The notes under the pieces are model-generated. The model saw only the letters and a list, made by a program, of their open reading frames with translations. It made no database searches and was not told the DNA's origin. A stretch of DNA of 17,113 bases from Utricularia gibba (lineage: Eukaryota; Plantae; Magnoliophyta), in contig NEEC01000401.1 in the NCBI GenBank assembly GCA_002189035.1, positions 1 through 17,113 of the forward strand. The letters run 5' to 3'. The translations under genes and the position numbers were made by a program. Shown one piece after another: positions 9,401-17,113 of the stretch (its first letter is position 1; every line of letters starts with the position of its first letter).

Positions 9401-12013
9401 GTCGAGCTCGCCCAGAGTCATTTGTAGCCGGCAAAAAAAATGCATTTATTAACGTTCGGTTTTAATAGGCTGCCTACATGGTTTCTCAAGGAAAAGCTTG
9501 TCGTTTCTGGGCGGGTGATGTCTTTTGGAACTTCGTTCTGACCATAGGTTCGGTCTGACTCCTTTGCCACATCGGGTCCTACTCGACGAAAATCGTGATG
9601 CAGTTATTGAAGTTAGGATTTCATGAGCACCCAAAATGGTTTTCTCAACCGCATGCTTTATATTTGATAAGGCGCTCGGGGCAACGGTATCGAGCAGAGG
9701 TCGAGTCGAGCTCGGGCCCATAGTCATTTGTAGCTCGGCAAAAAAAAATTGATGCATTTATTAACGTTGGTTTTAATAGGCTGCCTACATGGTTTCTCAA
9801 GGAAAAGCTTGTCGTTTCTGGGCGGGTGATGTCTTTTGGAACTTCGTTCTGACCAAGGTTCGGTCTGTCTGACTCCTTTGCCACATCGGGTCCTACTCGA
9901 CGAAAATCGTGATGCAGTTATTGAAGTTAGGATTTCATGAGCACCCAAAATGGTTTTCTCAACCGCATGCTTTATATTTGATAAGGCTCTCGTGGGGCAA
10001 CGGTATCGAGCAGGAGGTCGAGTCGAGCTCGGCCCAGAGTCATTTGTAGCCCGGCAAAAAAAATTGATGCATTTATTAACGTTGGTTTTAATAGGCTGCC
10101 TACATGGTTTCTCAAGGAAAAGCTTGTCGTTTCTGGCGGGTGATGTCGTTGGAACTTCGTTCTGACCAAGGTTCGGTCTGACTCCTTTGCCACATCGGGT
10201 CCTACTCGACGAAAATCGTGATGCAGTTATTGAAGTTAGGATTTCATGAGCACCCAAAATGGTTTTCTCAACCGCATGCTTTATATTTGATAAGGCGCTC
10301 TCGTGGGGCAACGGTATCGAGCAGGAGGTCGAGTCGAGCTCGCCCAGAGTCATTTGTAGCCGGCAAAAAATTGATGCATTTATTAACGTTGGTTTTAATA
10401 GCTGCCTACATGTTTCTCAAGGAAAAGCTTGTCGTTTCTGGGCGGGTGATGTCTTTTGGAACTTCGTTCTGACCATAGGTTCGGTCTGACTCCTTTGCCA
10501 CATCGGGTCCTACTCGACGAAAATCGTGATGCAGTTATTGAAGTTAGGATTCATGAGCACCCAAAATGGTTTTCTCAACCGCATGCTTTATATTTGATAA
10601 GGTGCTCTCGTGGGGCAACGGTATCGAGCAGGAGGTCGAGTCGAGCTCGGGCCCATAGTCATTTGTAGCTCGGCAAAAAACTTGATGCATTTATTAACGT
10701 TGGTTTTAATAGGCTGCCTAATGGTTTCTCAAGGAAAAGCTTGTCGTTTTTGGGCGGGTGATGTCGTTGAACTTCGTTCTGACCAAGGTTCGGTCTGACT
10801 CCTTTGCCAATCGGGTCCTACTCGACGAAAATCGTGATGCAGTTATTGAAGTTAGGATTTCATGAGCACCCAAAATGTTTTCTCAACCGCATGCTTTTAT
10901 ATTGAGGAGCGCTCTGTGGGCAACGGTATCGAGCGGTCGAGTCGAGCTCGCCCAGAGTCATTTTTAGCCGGCAAAAAAATGATGCATTTATTAACGTTGG
11001 GTTTTAATAGGCTGCCTACATGGTTTCTCAAGGAAAAGCTTGTCGTTTCTGGGGTGATGTCTTTTGAACTTCGTTCTGACCAAGGTTCGGTCTGACTCCT
11101 TTGCCACATCGGGTCCTACTCGACGAAAATCGTGATGCAGTTATTGAAGTTAGGATTTCATGAGCACCCAAAATGTTTTCTCAACCGCATGCTTTATATT
11201 TGATAAGGCGCTCTCGTGGGGCAACGGTATCGAGCAGGAGGTCGAGTCGAGCTCGGGCCCAGAGTCATTTGTAGCCCGGCAAAAAAAATTGATGCATTTA
11301 TTAACGTTGGTTTAATAGGCTGCCTACATGTTTCTCAAGGAAAAGCTTGTCGTTTCTGGGCGGGTGATGTCTTTTGAACTTCGTTCTGACCATAGGTTCG
11401 GTCTGACTCCTTTGCCACATCGGGTCCTACTCGACGAAAATCGTGATGCAGTTATTGAAGTTAGGATTTCATGAGCACCAAAATGGTTTTCTCAACCGCA
11501 TGCTTTATATTTGATAAGGTGCTCTCGTGGGGCAACGGTATCGAGTAGGAGGTCGAGTCGAGCTCGGCCCAGAGTCATTTGTAGCTCGGCAAAAAAATTG
11601 ATGCATTTATTAACGTTGGTTTTAATAGGCTGCCTACATGGTTTTCTCAAGGAAAAGCTTGTCGTTTTGGCGGGTGATGTCGTTTGAACTTCGTTCTGAC
11701 CAAGGTTCGGTCTGACTCCTTTGCCAATCGGGTCCTACTCGACGAAAATCGTGATGCAGTTATTGAAGTTAGGATTTCATGAGCACCCAAAATGCTTTTG
11801 TCAACCGCATGCTTTGTAGTTGAGGAGGCGCTCTAGTGGGCACGGTATCGGGCAAAAGGTCGAGTCGAGCTCGCTCCCAGAGTCATTTTTAGCCTGCAAA
11901 AAAATTGATGCATTTATTAACGTTGGGTTTTAATAGGCTGCCTACATGGTTTCTCAAGGAAAAGCTTGTCGTTTCTGGGCGGGTGATGTCTTTTGGAACT
12001 TCGTTCTGACCAT

Positions 12014-15000
12014 AGGTTCGGTCTGACTCCTTTGCCACATCGGGTCCTACTCGACGAAAATCGTGATGCAGTTATTGAAGTTAGGATTTCATGAGCACCC
12101 AAAATGGTTTTCTCAACCGCATGCTTTATATTTGATAAGGCGCTCTCGTGGGCAACGGTATCGAGCAGGAGGTCGAGTCGAGCTCGGGCCCATAGTCATT
12201 TGTAGCTCGGCAAAAAACTTGATGCATTTATTAACGTTGGTTTTAATAGGCTGCCTCAATGGTTTTCTCAAGGAAAAGCTTGTCGTTTTTGGGCGGGTGA
12301 TGTCGTTGTGAACTTCGTTCTGACCCAAGGTTCGGTCTGTCTCCTTTGCCAATCTGGTCCTACTCGACGAAAATCGTGATGCAGTTATTGAAGTTAGGAT
12401 TTCATGAGCACCCAAAATGTTTTCTCAATCGCATGCTTTGTATTTGAGGAGGCGCTCTAGTGGGCACGTATCGGGCAAAAGGTCGAGTCGGGCTCGCTCC
12501 CAGAGTCATTTGTAGCCGGCAAAAAAATTGATGCATTTATTAACGTTGGTTTTAATAGGCTGCCTACATGGTTTCTCAAGGAAAAGCTTGTCGTTTCTGG
12601 GCGGGTGATGTCTTTTGGAACTTCGTTCTGACCATAGGTTCGGTCTGACTCCTTTGCCACATCGGGTCCTACTCGACGAAAATCGTGATGCAGTTATTGA
12701 AGTTAGGATTCATGAGCACCCAAAATGGTTTTCTCAACCGCATGCTTTATATTTGATAAGGCACTCTCGTGGGGCAACGGTATCAGCAGAGGTCGAGTCG
12801 AGCTCGGGCCCAGAGTCATTTGTAGCCGGCAAAAAAAATTGATGCATTTATTAACGTTGGTTTTAATAGGCTGCCTACATGGTTTCTCAAGGAAAAGCTT
12901 GTCGTTTTGGGCGGGTGATGTCTTTTGAACTTCGTTCTGACCAGGTTCGGTCTGACTCCTTTGCCACATCGGTCCTACTCGACGAAAATCGTGATGCAGT
13001 TATTGAAGTTAGGATTTCATGAGCACCCAAAATGGTTTTCTCAACCGCATGCTTTATATTTGATAAGGCGCTCTCGTGGGGCAACGGTATCGAGCAGGAG
13101 GTCGAGTCGAGCTCGGCCCAGAGTCATTTGTAGCCCGGCAAAAAAAATTGATGCATTTATTAACGTTGGCTTTATAGGCTGCCTACATGGTTTCTCAAGG
13201 AAAAGCTTGTCGTTTCTGGCGGGTGATGTCGTTGGAACTTCGTTCTGACCCAGGTTCGGTCTGACTCCTTTGCCACATCGGTCCTACTCGACGAAAATCG
13301 TGATGCAGTTATTGAAGTTAGGATTCATGAGCACCCAAAATGGTTTTCTCAACCGCATGCTTTATATTTGAGGAGGCGCTCTCGTGGGCAACGGTATCGA
13401 GCAGGAGGTCGAGTCGAGCTCGGGCCCATAGTCATTTGTAGCCGGCAAAAAACTTGATGCATTTATTAACGTTGGGTTTTAATAGGCTGCCTACATGTTT
13501 CTCAAGGAAAAGCTTGTCGTTTGGGCGGGTGATGTCTTTTGAACTTCGTTCTGACCAAGGTTCGGTCTGACTCCTTTGCCACATCGGGTCCTACTCGACG
13601 AAAATCGTGATGCAGTTATTGAAGTTAGGATTTCATGAGCACCCAAAATGGTTTTCTCAACCGCATGCTTTATATTGATAAGGTGCTCTCGTGGGGCAAC
13701 GGTATCGAGTAGGAGGTCGAGTCGAGCTCGGCCCATAGTCATTTGTAGCTCGGCAAAAAACTTGATGCATTTATTAACGGTTGGTTTTAATAGGCTGCCT
13801 CAATGGTTTTCTCAAGGAAAAGCTTGTCGTTTTTGGGCGGGTGATGTCGTTGTGAACTTCGTTCTGACCCAAGGTTCGGTCTGTCTCCTTTGCCAATCTG
13901 GTCCTACTCGACGAAAATCGTGATGCAGTTATTGAAGTTAGGATTTCATGAGCACCCAAAATGTTTTGTCAATCGCATGCTTTGTAGTTGAGGAGGCGCT
14001 CTAGTGGGGCACGGTATCGGCAAAAGGTCGAGTCGGGCTCGCTCCCAGAGTCATTTTAGCCTGTCAAAAAAAAAGTGATGCATTATTAACGTTGGTTTTA
14101 ATAGGCTGCCTACATGGTTTCTCAAGGAAAAGCTTGTCGTTTCTGGGGGTGATGTCTTTTGGAACTTCGTTCTGACCATAGGTTCGGTCTGACTCCTTTG
14201 CCACATCGGGTCCTACTCGACGAAAATCGTGATGCAGTTATTGAAGTTAGGATTCATGAGCACCCAAAATGGTTTTCTCAACCGCATGCTTTATATTTGA
14301 TAAGGCACTCTCGTGGGGCAACGGTATCGAGCAGAGGTCGAGTCGAGCTCGGGCCCAGAGTCATTTGTAGCCCGGCAAAAAAAATTGATGCATTTATTAA
14401 CGTTGGTTTTAATAGGCTGCCTACATTTTCTCAAGGAAAGCTTGTCGTTTCTGGCGGTGATGTCTTTGAACTTCGTTCTGACCAAGGTTCGTCTGACTCC
14501 TTTGCCACATCGGGTCCTACTCGACGAAAATCGTGATGCAGTTATTGAAGTTAGGATTTCATGAGCACCCAAAATGGTTTTCTCAACCGCATGCTTTATA
14601 TTTGATAAGGTGCTCTCGTGGGGCAACGGTATCGAGTAGGAGGTCGAGTCGAGCTCGGGCCCATAGTCATTTGTAGCTCGGCAAAAAACTTGATGCATTT
14701 ATTAACGGTTGGTTTTAATAGGCTGCCTCAATGGTTTTCTCAAGGAAAAGCTTGTCGTTTTTGGGCGGGTGATGTCGTTGTGAACTTCGTTCTGACCAGG
14801 TTCGGTCTGACTCCTTTGCCAATCTGGTCCTACTCGACGAAAATCGTGATGCAGTTATTGAAGTTAGGATTTCATGAGCACCCAAAATGTTTTGTCAATC
14901 GCATGCTTTGTATTTGAGGAGGCGCTCTAGTGGGGCACGGTATCGGCAAAAGGTCGAGTCGGGCTCGCTCCCAGAGTCATTTTTAGCCGCAAAAAAAATT

Positions 15001-17113
15001 GATGCATTTATTAACGTTGGGTTTTAATAGGCTGCCTACATGTTTCTCAAGGAAAAGCTTGTCGTTTCTGGGCGGTGATGTCTTTTGGAACTTCGTTCTG
15101 ACCATAGGTTCGGTGACTCCTTTGCCACATCGGGTCCTACTCGACGAAAATCGTGATGCAGTTATTGAAGTTAGGATTTCATGAGCACCCAAAATGGTTT
15201 CTCAACCGCATGCTTTATATTTGATAAGTGCTCTCGTGGGCAACGGTATCGAAGGAGGTCGAGTCGAGCTCGGCCCATAGTCATTTGTAGCTCGGCAAAA
15301 AACTTGATGCATTTATTAACGGTTGGTTTTAATAGGCTGCCTCAATGGTTTTCTCAAGGAAAAGCTTGTCGTTTTTGGGCGGGTGATGTCGTTGTGAACT
15401 TCGTTCTGACCCAAGGTTCGGTCTGTCTCCTTTGCCAATCTGGTCCTACTCGACGAAAATCGTGATGCAGTTATTGAAGTTAGGATTTCATGAGCACCCA
15501 AAATGTTTTTGTCAATCGCATGCTTTGTAGTTGAGGAGGCGCTCTAGTGGGCACGGTATCGGGCAAAAGGTCGAGTCGGGCTCGCTCCCAGAGTCATTTT
15601 GTAGCCTGCAAAAAAAGTGATGCATTTATTAACGTTGGTTTTAATAGGCTGCCTACATGTTTCTCAAGGAAAAGCTTGTCGTTTCTGGGGTGATGTCTTT
15701 TGGAACTTCGTTCTGACCAAGGTTCGGTCTGACTCCTTTGCCACATCGGGTCCTACTCGACGAAAATCGTGATGCAGTTATTGAAGTTAGGATTCATGAG
15801 CACCCAAAATGGTTTTCTCAACCGCATGCTTTATATTTGATAAGGCACTCTCGTGGGCAACGGTATCGAGCAGAGGTCGAGTCGAGCTCGGGCCCAGAGT
15901 CATTTGTAGCCCGGCAAAAAAAATTGATGCATTTATTAACGTTGGTTTTATAGGCTGCCTACATGTTTCTCAAGGAAAAGCTTGTCGTTTCTGGCGGGTG
16001 ATGTCGAACTTCGTTCTGACCAAGGTTCGTCTGACTCCTTTGCCACATCGGGTCCTACTCGACGAAAATCGTGATGCAGTTATTGAAGTTAGGATTCATG
16101 AGCACCCAAAATGGTTTTCTCAACCGCATGCTTTATATTTGATAAGGCGCTCTCGTGGGGCAACGGTATCGAGCAGGAGGTCGAGAGCTCGGGCCCAGAG
16201 TCATTTGTAGCCCGGCAAAAAAATTGATGCATTTATTAACGTTGGCTTTATAGGCTGCCTACATGGTTTCTCAAGGAAAAGCTTGTCGTTTGGCGGGTGA
16301 TGTCGTTGGAACTTCGTTCTGACCCAAGGTTCGGTCTGACTCCTTTGCCACATCGGGTCCTACTCGACGAAAATCGTGATGCAGTTATTGAAGTTAGGAT
16401 TCATGAGCACCCAAAATGGTTTTCTCAACCGCATGCTTTATATTTTGGAGGCGCTCTAGTGGGCAACGGTATCGAGCAGAGGTCGAGTCAGCTCGGGCCC
16501 ATAGTCATTTGTAGCTCGGCAAAAAAACTTGATGCATTTATTAACGTTGGTTTTAATAGGCTGCCTACATTGTTTCTCAAGGAAAAGCTTGTCGTTTCTG
16601 GCGGGTGATGTCTTTTGGAACTTCGTTCTGACCATAGGTTCGGTCTGACTCCTTTGCCACATCGGGTCCTACTCGACGAAAATCGTGATGCAGTTATTGA
16701 AGTTAGGATTTCATGAGCACCCAAAATGGTTTTCTCAACCGCATGCTTTATATTGATAAGGTGCTCTCGTGGGGCAACGGTATCGAGTAGGAGGTCGAGT
16801 CGAGCTCGGGCCCATAGTCATTTGTAGCTCGGCAAAAAACTTGATGCATTTATTAACGGTTGGTTTTAATAGGCTGCCTCAATGGTTTTCTCAAGGAAAA
16901 GCTTGTCGTTTTTGGCGGGTGATGTCGTTGTGAACTTCGTTCTGACCCAAGGTTCGGTCTGTCTCCTTTGCCATCTGGTCCTACTCGACGAAAATCGTGA
17001 TGCAGTTATTGAAGTTAGGATTTCATGAGCACCCAAAATGCTTTTGTCAATCGCATGCTTTGTATTTGAGAGGCGCTCTAGTGGGGCACGGTATCGGCAA
17101 AAGGTCGAGTCGG
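12014..17113. repeat. Probable 10-monomer (~3.08 kb) super-repeat: A B C C' x A B C A B, second copy truncated by the window end
   Basis: Unit order 12014-15105 is repeated from 15106. Offsets of matched unit starts are 3092, 3086, 3084, 3080, 3075, 3078 and 3078 bp. Rare alleles are shared between matched units. Confidence 0.6.

Larger units (their letters stand above)
1..17113. repeat. Tandem satellite DNA array, ~310-bp monomer, 55 complete units plus 1 partial, head-to-tail
   Basis: The anchor AGGTTCG recurs at 1, 314, 623, 935, 1245, 1554, 1861, 2170, 2480, 2794, 3106, 3417, 3733, 4038, 4345, 4652, 4957, 5253, 5555, 5867, 6164, 6477, 6790, 7100, 7413, 7718, 8026, ~8328 (degenerate), 8617, 8931, 9238, 9546, 9856, 10169, 10477, 10786, 11083, 11394, 11703, 12014, 12328, 12636, 12943, 13252, 13558, 13872, 14180, 14485, 14798, 15106, 15414, 15720, 16023, 16327, 16636 and 16950. 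No non-repeat sequence or inversion was seen, and the array runs off both window ends. Confidence 0.99.

Noticed and set aside
225-16724. All other short ORFs in the six-frame track
   Set aside because: The same peptides (ILGAHEILTSITASRFSSSRTR, MMHLLTLVLIGCL…) recur in overlapping frames on both strands, with starts and stops set by homopolymer indels. This is typical of non-coding tandem repeats.
30-17030. CRISPR-like pattern of an invariant 46-bp block at regular intervals
   Set aside because: The intervening ~265-bp stretches are homologous to one another rather than unique spacers, they are far too long, and no cas genes are present.
1-17113. 5S rDNA array (a ~310-bp period is typical of some plant 5S units)
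   Set aside because: No 120-bp segment resembles the conserved 5S rRNA sequence or its internal control region on either strand, and there is no gene-versus-spacer conservation pattern of that size.
1-17113. Rolling-circle concatemer of a viroid-sized (~310 nt) circle
   Set aside because: A single template cannot give three stable variant families in ordered AB/ABC succession. I found no hammerhead core (CTGATGA…GAAA) on either strand and no rod-like self-complementarity.

Overview
The whole 17,113-bp window is one uninterrupted head-to-tail tandem satellite array: 55 complete monomers of about 289-316 bp (mean ~308 bp) plus a partial 56th, ~46% GC, all in the same orientation. I see no unique sequence, real gene, RNA gene, CRISPR array or transposon, and the listed ORFs are repeat-derived artefacts. 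The interest lies in nested organisation, read by eye. (1) Each ~310-bp monomer is an old dimer of two diverged ~156-bp subunits, the size class of many centromeric satellites. (2) Monomers fall into three variant families (A, B, C) ordered as AB dimers and ABC trimers. (3) C looks like an A/B recombinant. (4) The right third shows a probable ~3.08-kb 10-monomer duplication. One CpG is mutated in both directions (CG to TG in A, CG to CA in C), suggesting a methylated eukaryotic, possibly plant, origin. Homopolymer-length noise and chimeric monomers suggest an error-prone long-read consensus, so fine details need caution. I could not identify the organism or name the satellite family, and I see no evidence of a novel protein-coding system.
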